A DNA stretch of 64,000 nucleotides. Source: Azolla caroliniana. Lineage: Eukaryota > Plantae > Polypodiophyta. The stretch covers positions 372,001-436,000 of the forward strand of contig JBHGNT010000006.1 in assembly GCA_043228905.1 (NCBI GenBank), given 5' to 3'. The notes under the pieces were generated by a model, which ran no database searches, was not told the origin of the DNA, and worked only from the letters and a program-made list of their open reading frames with translations. Numbering within the stretch: position 1 is the first letter of the stretch; the number at the start of each line of letters is the position of its first letter. Position numbers and translations under genes: made by a program. Positions 28,801 to 43,700 of this stretch are shown here, piece by piece.

Positions 28801-31800
28801 CTCAACTCACTCCTCAAATTTCGTAATTACGTCATGTCTCTCGACCTGAGTTAAAAAATCCTGATTTTTTAATTCCATATCATAGCTAGCGTTGTGAGCT
28901 TCGATTCGCATGTTTGAACACAAAAATCCGATATCACACGAGCCAGGTATGAACATTTTAATTTACCTACTAGCTCTTCCCAACTCACTCCTCAAATTTG
29001 GTAATTTCGTCATGTCTCTCGACCTGAGTTTCAAAATCTTGATTTTTTAACTCCATATCATAGCTAGCGTTGTTAGCTTCGATTCGCATGCTTCAACACA
29101 AAAATCCGATATCACACTCCCCAGGTATGTACATTTTGATTTACTCAAGGGCTCCTCTCAACTCACTCCTCATGTTTGCTAATTTCGTCATGTCTCTCGA
29201 CCTGTGTTTCAAAATCTTGATTTTTTAATTCCATATCATAGCTAGCGTTGTTAGTTTCGATTCGTATGTTAGACCTCAAAAATCTGATATCACATGACCC
29301 AGGTATGTATATTTTCATTTACTCCCTGGCTCATGTCTACAACCTCCTCAAGTTTGCTATTTTTGTCATGTCTCTCGACCTGAGTTTCAAAATCTTAATG
29401 TTTTAATTCCATATCATAGCTATCGTTCTTAGCTTCAATTCGCAAGTTTGACCTCAAAAATCCAGTAACCTACGACCCAGGTATGAACATTTTCATTTAC
29501 TCCCGGGCTCTTGTCTACGACCTCCTCAAGTTTGGTATTTTCTTCATATCTCTCGACGTGAGTATCAAAATCTTGATTTTTTAATCTCATATTATAGCTA
29601 GCATTGTAAGCTTCGATTCGCATGTTTGAACAAAAAAACCCGATATTACACGAGCCAGGTATGAACATTTTCATTGAACACAAAAATCCGATATTACACG
29701 AGCCAGGTATGAACATTTTAATTTACTCAAGGGCTCCTCTAAACTCCCTCCTCATGTTTGGTAATTTCGTCATGTCTCTCGACCTGAGTTTCAAAATCTT
29801 GATTTTTTAATTCCATATCATAGCTATTGTTGTTAGCTTCGATTCGCATGCTTCAACAATAAAACCGATATCACACGAGCCAAATATGAAAATTTTAATT
29901 TACCTACTAGCTCTTCCCAACTCACTCCTCAAATTTGGTAATTTCGTCATGTCTGTCGACCTGAGTTTCAAAATCTTGAATTTTTAATTCCATATCATAG
30001 CTAGCATTGTTAGCTTCGATTCGCATGCTTCAACACAAAAATCCGATATCACACGAGCTAGGTATGAACATTTTAATTTACTCAAGGGCTCCTCTCAACT
30101 CACTCCTCATGTTTGCTAATTTCGTCATGTCTCTCGACCTGAGTTTCAAAATCTTGATTTTTTAATTCCATATCATAGCTAGCGTTGTTAGTTTCGATTC
30201 GTATGTTTGAACACAAAAATCCGATATTGGTAGCTTCGATTCGAATGTTAGACCTCAAAAATCCGATATCACATGACCCAGGTATGTATATTTTCATTTA
30301 CTCCCTGGCTCATGTCTACAACCTCCTCAAGTTTGCTATTTTTGTCATGTCTCTCGACCTGAGTTTCAAAATCTTAATGTTTTAATTCCATATCATAGCT
30401 ATCGTTCTTAGCTTCAATTCGCAAGTTTGACCTCAAAAATCCAGTAACACACGACCCAGGTATGAACATTTTCATTTACTCCCGGGCTCTTGTCTACGAC
30501 CTCCTCAAGTTTGGTATTTTCTTCATATCTCTCGACGTGAGTATCAAAATCTTGATTTTTTAATCTCATATTATAGCTAGCATTGTAAGCTTCGATTCGC
30601 ATGTTTGAACAAAAAAACCCGATATTACACGAGCCAGGTATGAACATTTTCATTGAACACAAAAATCCGATATCACACGAGCCAGGTATGAACATTTTAA
30701 TTTACTCAAGGGCTCCTCTAAACTCCCTCCTCATGTTTGGTAATTTCGTCATGTGTCTCGATCTGAGTTTCAAAATCTTGATTTTTTAATTCCATATCAT
30801 AGCTATCGTTGTTAGCTTCGATTCGCATGCTTCAACAAAAAAACCGATATCACACGAGCCAAATATGAAAATTTTAATTTACCTACTAGCTCTTCCCAAC
30901 TCACTCCTCAAATTTGGTAATTTCGTCATGTCTGTCGACCTGAGTTTCAAAATCTTGAATTTTTAATTCCATATCATAGCTAGCATTGTTAGCTTCGATT
31001 CGCATGCTTCAACACAAAAATCCGATATCACACTCCCCAGGTATGAACATTTTAATTTACCCAAGGGCTCCTCTCAACTCACTCCTCATGTTTGCTAATT
31101 TCGTCATGTCTCTCGACCTGAGTTTCAAAATCTTGATTTTTTAATTCCATATCATAGCTAGCGTTGTTAGCTTCGATTCGCATGTTTGTACACAAAAATC
31201 TGATATCACAGTCTCCAGATATGAACATTTTCATTTACTCAAGGGCTGCTCTCAACTCCCTCGTCAACGTTACTAATTTCGTCATGTCTCTCGACGTGAG
31301 TTTCAAAATCTTGATTTTTTAATTCCATATCATAGCTAGCGTTGTTAGCTTCGATTCGCATGTTTGAACACAAAAATCAGATATCACACGAGCCAGGTAT
31401 GAAAATTTTAATTTACTCAAGGGCTCCTTTGAACACCCTCCTCATGTTCGGTAATTTCGTCATGTCTCTCGACCTGAGTTTCAAAATCTTGATTTTTTAA
31501 TTCCATATCATAGCTAGCATTGTTACCTTCGATTCGCATGCTTCAACACAAAAATCCGATATCACACGAGCCAGTTATGAACATTTTAATTTACCTACTA
31601 GCTCTTCCCAACTCACTCCTAAAATTTGGTACTTTCATCATGTCTCTCGACCTGAGTTTCAAAATCTTGATTTTTTAATTCCATATCTTTGCTAGCGTTG
31701 TTAGCATCGATTCGCATGCTTGAACGAAAAAATTCGATATCACACGAGCTAGGTATGAACATTTTAATTCACTGAAGGGCTCCTCTCAACTCCCTCGTCA

Positions 31801-32300
31801 AGGTTGCTAATTTCGTCATGTCTCTCCAGCTGAGTTTTAAAATCTTGATTTTTTAATTCCATATCATAGCTAGCGTTGTTAGCTTCGATTCGCATGTTTG
31901 AACACAAAAATCGGATATCACACGAGCCAGGTATGAACATTTTGATTTACTCAAGGGTTCTCCTCAACTCCCTCGTCAAGGCTGCTAATTTCGTCATGTC
32001 TCTCAACCTGAGTTTCAAAATCTTGATTTTTTAATTCCATATCATAGCTAGCGTTGTTAGCTTCGATTCGCATGTTTCAACACAAAAATCCGATATCACA
32101 CGAGCCAGGTATGAACATTTTAATTTACTCAAGGGCTCCTCTCAACTCACTCCTCATGTTTGCTAATTTCGTCATGTCTCTCGACCTGAGTTTCAAAATC
32201 TTGACTTTTTAATTCCATATCATAGCTAGCGTTGTTAGTTTCGATTCGCATGTTTGAACACAAAAATCCGATATTGTTAGCTTCGATTCGAATGTTAGAC
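25851..32300. repeat. 178-bp satellite, transitional layer with new variants and partial-monomer rearrangements
   Basis: New variant blocks (CCCTCGTCAAGGTTGCTAA, CTCCTCATGTTTGCTAA, GCATGCTTCAACAC, CACTCGCCAGATATG) and 42/48-bp internal duplications near 29676 and 30231. Boundaries approximate. Confidence 0.9.
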
Positions 32301-35300
32301 CTCAAAAATCCGATATCACATGACTCAGGTATGTATATTTTCATTTACTCCCTGGCTCATGTCTACAACCTCCTCAAGTTTGCTATTTTTGTCATGTCTC
32401 TCGAGCTGAGTTTCAAAATCTTGATGTTTTAAATCCATATCATAGCTTCAATTCGCAAGTTTGACCTCAATTCGCAAGTTTGATCTCAAAAATCCAGTAA
32501 CACACGACCCAGGTGTGAACATTTTCATTTACTCCCGGGCTCTTGTCTACGACCTCCTCAAGTTTGGTATTTTCTTCATATCTCTCGACGTGAGTTTCAA
32601 AATCTTGATTTTTTAATATCATATTATAGCTAGCATTGTAAGCTTCGATTCGCATGTTTGAACAAAAAAACCCGATATTACACGAGCCAGGTATGAACAT
32701 TTTCATTGACTAACAGGCAATTGTCTACGACCTCCTCAAGTTTGCTATTTTCTTCATGTTTCTCGACCTGAGTTTCAAAATTTTCATTTTAAAATTCTGA
32801 ATCATAGCTAGCGTTATTAGCTTCGATTCACATGTTTTATCTCAGAAATCAGATATGACACGACCCAGGTATGAACATTTTCTTTTACTATCGTGCTCTT
32901 GTCTACGACCTCCTCAAGTTTTCTATTTTCTTCATGTCTCTCGACATGAGTTTCAAAATCTTGATTTTTAAGTCCATATCATAGCTAGCGTTGTTACCTT
33001 CAATTCGAATGTTTGATCCTAAAAATCCGATATCTCATGACCCAGGTATGAATATTTTCATTTACTCCCGGGCTCTTGTCCACGACCTCCTGAAGTTTGG
33101 TATTTTGTTCATGTCTCTCGACCTGAGTTTTAAAATCTTGATGTTTTAATTCCATATCATAGCTAGCGTTGTTAGCTTCGATTCACATGTTTGAACAGAA
33201 AAATCCGATATCACACGAGCCAGATATCACACGATATCTTGATTTTTAAATTTCACATCATAGCTAGCCTTGTAATCCTATATCATAGCTAGCATTGTCT
33301 ACGACCTTGTTAAGTTTGCTATTTTCTTCATGCCTGTCAACCTGAGTTTTAAAATCTTGATTTTTATATTTCAGATCATAGCTAGCCTTGTAATCCTATA
33401 TCAAATGACCCAGGTATGCATATTTTCATTTACTCCCGGGCTCTTGTCTACGACCTTGTGAAGTTTACTATTTTCTTTAGGTCTCTCGACCTGAGTTTCA
33501 AAATCTTGATTTTTTAATTCCATATCATAGCTAGCGTTGTTAGCTTCGAGTCGCATGTTTGATCTAAGAAATCCAATATCACACGACCCAGGTCTGAACA
33601 TTTTCATATACTCCCGGGCTGTTGTCTACGACCTGCTCAAGTTTGGTATTTTCTTCATGTCTCTCGACCTCAGCTTCAAAATCTTGTTTTTTTAATTCCA
33701 TATCATAGCTAGCCTTGTAATCCGATATCACATGAACCAAGTATGAATATTTTCATTTACTCCCGGACTCTTGTCTACGACCTCGTCCAATTTGCTATTT
33801 TCTTCAGGTCTCTCGACCTGAGTTTCAAAATCTTGATTTTTTAATTCCATATCATATCTAGCGTTGTTAGCTTCGATTCACATGTCTGATATAAAAAATC
33901 CGATATTACATGACCCAATTATGAATATTTTCATTTACTCCCGGGCTCTTGTCCATGACCTCCTGAAGTTTGGTATTTTCTTCATGTCTCTCGACCTGAG
34001 TTTCAAAATCTTGATGTTTTAATTCCATATCATAGCTAGCATTGTTAACTTCAATTCGAATGTTAGAACTCAAAAATCCGATAACATACGACCCAGGTAT
34101 GAACATTTTCATTTACTCCCGGGCTCATGTCTACAACCTCCTCAAGTTTGCTATTTCCGTCATGTCTCTCAAGCTGAGTTTCAAAATCTTGAGGTTTTAA
34201 CTCCATATCATAGCTAGCGTTCTTAGCTTCGAGTCGCATGTTTGACCTCAAAAATGCGGTAACACACGACCCAGGTATGAACATTTTCATTTACTCCCGG
34301 GCTCTTGTCTACGACCTCCTCAAGTTTGGTATTTTCTTCATATCTCTCGACGTGAGTTTCAAAAACTTGATTTTTTAATTCCATATCATAGCTGGCAATG
34401 TAGTCTTCGATTCACTTGTTTAAACACAAAAATCCTATATCACACGAGCCAGGTATGAACATTTTCATTTACTAACGGGCCCTTGTCTACGACCTTGTCA
34501 AGTTTGCTATTTCCTTCATGTTTCTCGACCTGAGTTTCAAAATTTTCATTTTTAAATTCTGAATCATAGCTAGCGTTATTAACTTCGATTCACATGTTTG
34601 ATCTCAAAAATCAGATATGACACGACCCTGGTATGAACATTTTCTTTTACTACCGTGCTCTTGTCTACGACCTCCTCAAGTTTGCTATTTTCTTCATGTC
34701 TCTCGACCTGAGTTTCAAAATCTTGATTTTTAAGTCCATATCATAGCTAGCGTTGTTACCTTCAATTCCCATGTTTGATCCTAAAAATCCGATATCTCAT
34801 GACCCAGGTATGAATATTTTCATTTACTCCCAGGCTCTTGTTTACGACCTCCTGAAGTTTGGTATTTTGTTCATGTCTCTCGACCTGAGTTTCAAAATCT
34901 TGATGTTTTGATTCCATATCATAGCTAGCATTGTAAGCTTCGATTCGCATGTTTGACCTCAAAAATCCGATAACACATGACCCAGGTATGAACATTTTCA
35001 TTTACTACCGGGCTCTTTTCTACGACCTCCTCATGTTTGGTATTTTCTTCATATCTCTCGACCTCAGTTTGAAAATTTTGATTTTTTAATTCCATATCAT
35101 AACTAGCAATGTAGTCTTCGATTCACTTGTTTAAACACAAAAATCCTATATCACACGAGCCAGGTATGGACATTTTCATTTACTACCGGGCTCTTGTCTA
35201 CGACCTTCTCAAGTTTGCTATTTTCTTCATGTCTCTGGGCCTGAGTTTGAAAATCTTGAAGTTTTAATTCCATATCATAGCTAGCGTTTTTAGCTTCGAT

Positions 35301-35940
35301 TCGCATGTTTTACCATAAAAATCCGATATCACACGAGCTAGGTATGAACATTTTAATTTATTCCCGAGCACTTGTCTCGATCTTCTCAAGTTTCCCATTT
35401 TATTCATGTCTCTCCACCTAAGTTCAAAAATCTTGATTTTTTAATTCCATATCATAGCTAGCGTTGTTATCTTCGAATGGCTTGTATGACCTCAAAAATC
35501 CGATATCACACGACCCAGGTATGAACATTTTAATTTACTCCCGTGCTCTTGTCTACGACCTCCTCAAGTTTGTTATTTTCTTCATGTCTCTCGACCTGAA
35601 TTTGAAAATCTTGATTTTTAAGTCCATATCATAGCTAGCCTTGTAAGCTTCAATTCGCATGTTTAAGCACAAAAATCCGATATCACACGAGCCAGGTATG
35701 AACATTTTCATTTACTAACGGGCTCTTGTCTACGACCTTGTCAAGTTTGGTATTTTCTTCATATCTCTCGACCTCAGTTTGAAAATCTAGATTTTTTAAC
35801 TCCATATCATAGCTAGCAATGTAATCTTCGATTCACATGTTTAAACACAAAAATCCGATATCACACGAGCCAGGTATGTGTTGGGATTTCGGTCCCTCCG
35901 GATGGGATGTCCGGAGATCAATGACGGCAAGCCCGGTTGC

Positions 35941-36014
35941 GGTTACGGAACCGGATGATGAAGACCCCGGCTACGGAGCCGGATGATGAAGACCCCGGCT
36001 ACGGAGCCGGATGA
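35941..36014. repeat. 28-bp GC-rich tandem repeat (~2.6 copies) in LTR U3 region; also in LTR copy 2
   Basis: Unit CCGGATGATGAAGACCCCGGCTACGGAG repeated twice plus partial flanks. Confidence 0.85.
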
Positions 36015-36117
36015 CGAATGTACCCGGAGAGAGATCCGGATGCGGGGACATATTTGTGAATATGTTTGCCAAGGGCCCTTGAGGCTATATTTGTAAATAG
36101 CCCGAAAGTCATATGTG

Positions 36118-36124
36118 TATAAAT
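36118..36124 (+). promoter_or_regulatory. Putative LTR TATA box
   Basis: TATAAAT in the central part of the LTR, upstream of the GA-rich tract. Confidence 0.5.
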
Positions 36125-36199
36125 ATGACTTAGGGCAAACAGTTTTGTGTCTGTTACTCATTTTTCTGGTTTTCCACTTAGAGGGAGCTAAGTGAGCAG

Positions 36200-36201
<2 letters not shown>

Positions 36202-36231
<30 letters not shown>
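36202..36231. repeat. (GA)15 microsatellite within solo LTR copy 1
   Basis: Directly visible. Confidence 0.95.
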
Positions 36232-36232
<1 letters not shown>

Positions 36233-37786
36233 GAAGAGGTCGTTGCCTCTGTGTATTACCGCCGCCTGTGGCGAAGACAGTGAGCTCAAGGTTGTTGCCT
36301 TGTAGCCTCACCATTGTACATCTCTGTTTATAGTGATAGTTGGAGTTTGAGGACTCCCGTGGTTTTTCCCATTTAGGGTTTTCCACGTAAAACATCCTGT
36401 GTACCCTTCTCTCTATTGTCTTCGTGCATTTTGTATTTCCTATTTTCTGTGAGTTGATCCTATTCCTCAGTTGTGGCCGAGCACTGTGTTTAACAGAATG
36501 AACATTTTCATTTACTACCGGGCTCTTGTCTACGACCTTCTCAAGTTTGGTATTTTCTTCATGTCTTTCGACCTGAGTTTCAAAATCTTGAAGTTCTAAT
36601 TCCATATCATAGCTAGCGTTGTTACCTTCGATTCGCATGTTTAACCACAAAAATCCGATATCACACGAGCCAGGTATGAACATTTTAATTTATTCCCGAG
36701 CACTTGTCTCGATCTTCTCAAGTTTCCTATTTTCTTCATGTCTCTCCATCTGAGTTCAAAAATCTTGATTTTTTAATTTCATATCATAGCTAGCGTTGTT
36801 AGCTTCAAATGGCTTCTTTGACCTCAAAAATCCGATATCACACGACCCAGGTATGAATATTTTCATTTACTCCCGTGCTCTTGTCTACGACCTCCTCAAG
36901 TTTGCTATTTCCTTCATGTCTCTCGACCTGAGTTTGAAAATCTTGATTTTTAAGTCCATATCATAGCTAGCCTTGTAAGCTTCAATTCGCATGTTTAAAC
37001 ACAAAAATCCGATATCACACGAGCTAGGTATGAACATTTTCATTTACTAATGGGCTCTTGTCTACGACCTTGTCAAGTTCTGTTGATGTTTTAATGCCAT
37101 ATCATAGCTACCGTCGTTAGCTTCGATTCGAATGTTTAATCTCAAAAATCCGATATCACATGACCCAAGTATGGATATTTTCATTTACTCCCGGGCTCTT
37201 GTCTACGACCTCCTCAAGTTTGCTATTTTCTTCAGGTCTCTCCACCTGAGTTTCAAAATCTTTATTTTTTAATTCCATATCATAGCAAGCGTTGTTAGCT
37301 TGGATTCGCATGTTTGATCTAAAAAATCCGATATCACATGACCCAATTATGAATATTTTCATTTATTCCCGGGCTCTTGTCTACGACCTCCTCAAGTTTG
37401 GTATTTTCGTCATGTCTCTCGAGCTAAGTTACAAAATCTTGATGTTTTAATTCCATATCATAGCTATCGTTGTTAGCTTCAATTCGCATGTTTGACCTAA
37501 AAATCTAGTAACACACGATCCAGGTATGAACTTTTTCAAGTTTGCTATTTTCTTCATGTCTCTCGACCTGAGTGTCAAAGTCTTGATTTTTCAATTCCAT
37601 ATCATAGCTAGCGTTGTTAGCTTGAATTCACACATTTGATCTCAAAAATCAGATATGGCACGACCCAGGTATGAACATTTTCATTTACTCCCGTGTTGTT
37701 ATCTACGACCTCCTCAACTTTGCTATTATCTTCATGTCTCTCGACCTGAGTTTCAAAATCTTAATCTTTAACTTCATATCATAGCT

Positions 37787-40700
37787 AGCGTTGTTAGCTT
37801 CGATTCGCATGTTTGAATACAAAAATCCGATATCACACGAGCCAGGTATGAACATTTTTATTTACTCAAGGGCTCCTCTCAACTCACTCCTCAAATTTTG
37901 TAATTACATCATGTCTCTCGACCTGAGTTTCAAAATCTTGATTTTTTAATTCCATATCATAGCTAGCGTTGTTAGCTTCGATTCGCATATTTGTACTCAA
38001 AAATTCGATATCACACGACCCAGGTATGAACATTTTAATTTACCTCCTAGCTCTTCTCAACTCAGTCCTCAAATTTGGTAATTTCGTCATGTCTCTCGAC
38101 CTGAGTTTCAAAATCTTGATTTTTTAATTCTATATGATGGCTAGCGTTGTTAGCTTCGATTCGCATGTTTGTACACAAAAATCCGATGTCACACGAACCA
38201 GGTATGAACATTTTTATTTCCCTACTAGCTCTTCTCAACTCACTCCTCAAATTTGGTAATTTCTTCATGTCTCTCGACCTGAGTTTCAAAATCTTGATTT
38301 TTTAATTCCATATCATAGCTAGCGTTGTTAGCTTCGATTCGCATGTTTGAACACAAAAATCCGATATCACACGAGCCAGGTATGAACATTTTTATTTACT
38401 CAAGGGCTCCTCTCAACTCACTCCTCAAATTTGGTAATTTCTTCATGTCTCTCGACCTGAGTTTCAGAATCTTGATTTTTTAATTCTATATGATACCTAG
38501 CGTTGTTAGCTTCGATTCGCATGTTTGAACACAAAAATCCGATATCACACGAGCCAGGTATGAACATTTTAATTTACCTACTAGCTCTTCTCAACTCAAT
38601 CCTCAAATTTGGTAATTTCGTCATGTCTCTCGACCTGAGTTTCAAAATCTTGATTTTTTAATTCCATATCATAGCTAGCGTTGTTAGCTTCGATTCGCAT
38701 GTTTGAACACAAAAATCCGATATCACACGAGCCAGGTATGAACATTTTTATTTACTCAAGGGCTCCTCTCAACTCACTCCTCGAATTTGGTAATTTCGTC
38801 ATGTCTCTCGACCTGAGTTTCAGAATCTTGATTTTTTAATTCTATATGATAGCTAGCGTTGTTATCTTCGATTCGCATGTTTGAACACAAAAATCCGATA
38901 TCACACGAGCCAGGTATGAACATTTTAATTTACCTACTAGCTCTTCTCAACTCAATCCTCAAATTTGGTAATTTCGTCATGTCTCTCGACCTGAGTTTCA
39001 GAATCTTGATTTTTTAATTCTATATAATAGCTAGCGTTGTTATCTTCGATTCGCATGTTTGAACACAAAAATCCGATATCACACGAGCCAGGTATGAACA
39101 TTTTAATTTACCTACTAGCTCTTCTCAACTCAATCCTCAAATTTGGTAATTTCGTCATGTCTCTCGACCTGAGTTTCAAAATCTTGATTTTTTAATTCCA
39201 TATCATAGCTAGCGTTGTTAGCTTCGATTCGCATGTTTGAACACAAAAATCCGATATCACACGAGCCAGGTATGAACATTTTTATTTACTCAAGGGCTCC
39301 TCTCAACTCACTCCTCAAATTTTGTAATTACGTCATGTCTCTCGACCTGAGTTTCAAAATCTTGATTTCTTAATTCCATATCATAGCTAGCGTTGTTAGC
39401 TTCGATTCGCATATTTGTACTCAAAAATCCGATATCACACGAGCCAGGTATGAACATTTTAATTTACCTACTAGCTCTTCTCAACTCACTCCTCAAATTT
39501 CGTAATTACGTCATGTCTCTCGACCTGAGTTTCAGAATCTTGATTTTTTAATTCCATATCATAGCTAGCGTTGTTAGCTTCGATTCGCATGTTTGAACAC
39601 AAAAATCCGATATCACACGAGCCAGGTATGAACATTTTTATTTACTCAAGGGCTCCTCTCAACTCACTCCTCAAATTTTGTAATTACGTCATGTCTCTCG
39701 ACCTGAGTTTTAAAATCTTGATTTTTTAATTCCATATCATAGCTAGCGTTGTTAGCTTCGATTCGCATATTTGTACTCAAAAATCCGATATCACACGAGC
39801 CAGGTATAAACATTTTAATTTACCTACTAGCTCTTCTCAACTCACTCCTCAAATTTCGTAATTACGTCATGTCTCTGGACCTGAGTTTCAGAATCTTGAT
39901 TTTTTAATTCCATATCATAGCTAGCGTTGTTAGCTTCGATTCGCATGTTTGAACACAAAAATCCGATATCACACGAGCCAGGTATGAACATTTTAATTTA
40001 CCTACTAGCTCTTCTCAACTCAATCCTCAAATTTGGTAATTTCGTCATGTCTCTCGACCTGAGTTTCAATATCTTGATTTTTTAATTCCATATCATAGCT
40101 AGCGTTGTTAGCTTCGATTCGCATGTTTGAACACAAAAATCCGATATCACACGAGCCAGGTATGAACATTTTTATTTACTCAAGGGCTCCTCTCAACTCA
40201 CTCCTCGAATTTGGTAATTTCGTCATGTCTCTCGACCTGAGTTTCAGAATCTTGATTTTTTAATTCTATATGATAGCTAGCGTTGTTATCTTCGATTCGC
40301 ATGTTTGAACACAAAAATCCGATATCACACGAGCCAGGTATGAACATTTTTATTTACTCAAGGGCTCCTCTCAACTCACTCCTCGAATTTGGTAATTTCG
40401 TCATGTCTCTCGACCTGAGTTTCAGAATCTTGATTTTTTAATTCTATATGATAGCTAGCGTTGTTATCTTCGATTCGCATGTTTGAACACAAAAATCCGA
40501 TATCACACGAGCCAGGTATGAACATTTTAATTTACCTACTAGCTCTTCTCAACTCAATCCTCAAATTTGGTAATTTCGTCATGTCTCTCGACCTGAGTTT
40601 CAAAATCTTGATTTTTTAATTCTATATAATAGCTAGCGTTGTTATCTTCGATTCGCATGTTTCAACACAAAAATCCGATATCACACGAGCCAGGTATGAA

Positions 40701-43700
40701 CATTTTAATTTACCTACTAGCTCTTCTCAACTCAATCCTCAAATTTGGTAATTTCGTCATGTCTCTCGACCTGAGTTTCAAAATCTTGATTTTTTAATTC
40801 CATATCATAGCTAGCGTTGTTAGCTTCGATTCGCATGTTTGAACACAAAAATCCGATATCACACGAGCCAGGTATGAACATTTTTATTTACTCAAGGGCT
40901 CCTCTCAACTCACTCCTCGAATTTGGTAATTTCGTCATGTCTCTCGACCTGAGTTTCAGAATCTTGATTTTTTAATTCTATATGATAGCTAGCGTTGTTA
41001 TCTTCGATTCGCATGTTTGAACACAAAAATCCGATATCACACGAGCCAGGTATGAACATTTTTATTTACTCAAGGGCTCCTCTCAACTCACTCCTCGAAT
41101 TTGGTAATTTCGTCATGTCTCTCGACCTGAGTTTCAGAATCTTGATTTTTTAATTCTATATGATAGCTAGCGTTGTTATCTTCGATTCGCATGTTTGAAC
41201 ACAAAAATCCGATATCACACGAGCCAGGTATGAACATTTTAATTTACCTACGAGCTCTTGTCAACTCAATCCTCAAATTTGGTAATTTCGTCATGTCTCT
41301 CGACCTGAGTTTCAAAATCTTGATTTTTTAATTCTATGTATTAGCTAGCGTTGTTATCTTCGATTCGCATGTTTCAACACAAAAATCCGATATCACACGA
41401 GCCAGGTATGAACATTTTAATTTACCTACTAGCTCTTCTCAACTCAATACTCAAATTTGGTAATTTCGTCATGTCTCTCGACCTGAGTTTCAAAATCTTG
41501 ATTTTTTAATTCCATATCATAGCTAGCGTTGTTAGCTTCGATTCGCATGTTTGAACACAAAAATCCGATATCACACGAGCCAGGTATGAACATTTTTATT
41601 TACTCAAGGGCTCCTCTCAACTCACTCCTCAAATTTTGTAATTACGTCATGTCTCTCGACCTGAGTTTCAACATCTTGATTTCTTAATTCCATATCATAG
41701 CTAGCGTTGTTAGCTTCGATTCGCATATTTGTACTCAAAAATCCGATATCACACGAGCCAGGTATGAACATTTTAATTTACCTACTAGCTCTTCTCAACT
41801 CACTCCTCAAATTTCGTAATTACGTCATGTCTCTGGACCTGAGTTTCAGAATCTTGAATTTTTAATTCCATATCATAGCTAGCGTTGTTAGCTTCGATTC
41901 GCATGTTTGAACACAAAAATCCGATATCACACGAGCCAGGTATGAACATTTTTATTTACTCAAGGGCTCCTCTCAACTCACTCCTCGAATTTGGTAATTT
42001 CGTCATGTCTCTCGACCTGAGTTTCAGAATCTTGATTTTTTAATTCTATATGATAGCTAGCGTTGTTATCTTCGATTCGCATGTTTGAACACAAAAATCC
42101 GATATCACACGAGCCAGGTATGAACATTTTTATTTACTCAAGGGCTCCTCTCAACTCACTCCTCGAATTTGGTAATTTCGTCATGTCTCTCGACCTGAGT
42201 TTCAGAATCTTGATTTTTTAATTCTATATGATAGCTAGCGTTGTTATCTTCGATTCGCATGTTTGAACACAAAAATCCGATATCACACGAGCCAGGTATG
42301 AACATTTTAATTTACCTACTAGCTCTTCTCAACTCAATCCTCAAATTTGGTAATTTCGTCATGTCTCTCGACCTGAGTTTCAAAATCTTGATTTTTTAAT
42401 TCTATATAATAGCTAGCGTTGTTATCTTCGATTCGCATGTTTCAACACAAAAATCCGATATCACACGAGCCAGGTATGAACATTTTAATTTACCTACTAG
42501 CTCTTCTCAACTCAATCCTCAAATTTGGTAATTTCGTCATGTCTCTCGACCTGAGTTTCAAAATCTTGATTTTTTAATTCCATATCATAGCTAGCGTTGT
42601 TAGCTTCGATTCGCATGTTTGAACACAAAAATCCGATATCACACGAGCCAGGTATGAACATTTTTATTTACTCAAGGGCTCCTCTCAACTCACTCCTCGA
42701 ATTTGGTAATTTCGTCATGTCTCTCGACCTGAGTTTCAGAATCTTGATTTTTTAATTCTATATGATAGCTAGCGTTGTTATCTTCGATTCGCATGTTTGA
42801 ACACAAAAATCCGATATCACACGAGCCAGGTATGAACATTTTTATTTACTCAAGGGCTCCTCTCAACTCACTCCTCGAATTTGGTAATTTCGTCATGTCT
42901 CTCGACCTGAGTTTCAGAATCTTGATTTTTTAATTCTATATGATAGCTAGCGTTGTTATCTTCGATTCGCATGTTTGAACACAAAAATCCGATATCACAC
43001 GAGCCAGGTATGAACATTTTAATTTACCTACGAGCTCTTGTCAACTCAATCCTCAAATTTGGTAATTTCGTCATGTCTCTCGACCTGAGTTTCAAAATCT
43101 TGATTTTTTAATTCTATGTATTAGCTAGCGTTGTTATCTTCGATTCGCATGTTTCAACACAAAAATCCGATATCACACGAGCCAGGTATGAACATTTTAA
43201 TTTACCTACTAGCTCTTCTCAACTCAATCCTCAAATTTGGTAATTTCGTCATGTCTCTCGACCTGAGTTTCAAAATCTTGATTTTTTAATTCTATATAAT
43301 AGCTAGCGTTGTTATCTTCGATTCGCATGTTTCAACACAAAAATCCGATATCACACGAGCCAGGTATGAACATTTTAATTTACCTACTAGCTCTTCTCAA
43401 CTCAATCCTCAAATTTGGTAATTTCGTCATGTCTCTCGACCTGAGTTTCAAAATCTTGATTTTTTAATTCCATATCATAGCTAGCGTTGTTAGCTTCGAT
43501 TCGCATGTTTGAACACAAAAATCCGATATCACACGAGCCAGGTATGAACATTTTTATTTACTCAAGGGCTCCTCTCAACTCACTCCTCGAATTTGGTAAT
43601 TTCGTCATGTCTCTCGACCTGAGTTTCAGAATCTTGATTTTTTAATTCTATATGATAGCTAGCGTTGTTATCTTCGATTCGCATGTTTGAACACAAAAAT

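Larger units (their letters stand above)
35879..36495 (+). mobile_element. Solo LTR (617 bp), Ty1/Copia-like, inserted in satellite monomer
   Basis: Termini TGTT...AACA. 5-bp target-site duplication GTATG (35874-35878) / GAATG (36496-36500, one mismatch) splits the satellite word CCAG-GTATG-AACATT. TATAAAT at 36118. CCGTGGTTTTTCCC...GGGTTTTCCACG motif (36357-36387) typical of plant Copia LTRs. No PBS/PPT or internal domain adjacent. Confidence 0.88.
32301..37786. repeat. 178-bp satellite, old diverged layer (copy 1), interrupted by a solo LTR
   Basis: Monomers carry the block TTCATTTACTCCCGGGCTCTTGTCTACGACCTCCTCAAGTTTG, many private substitutions and truncations. Confidence 0.92.

Noticed and set aside
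35943-36683. 246-aa ORF, the longest in the track
   Set aside because: Chimeric read-through of satellite and antisense LTR including the (GA)n tract. It is frameshifted in copy 2.
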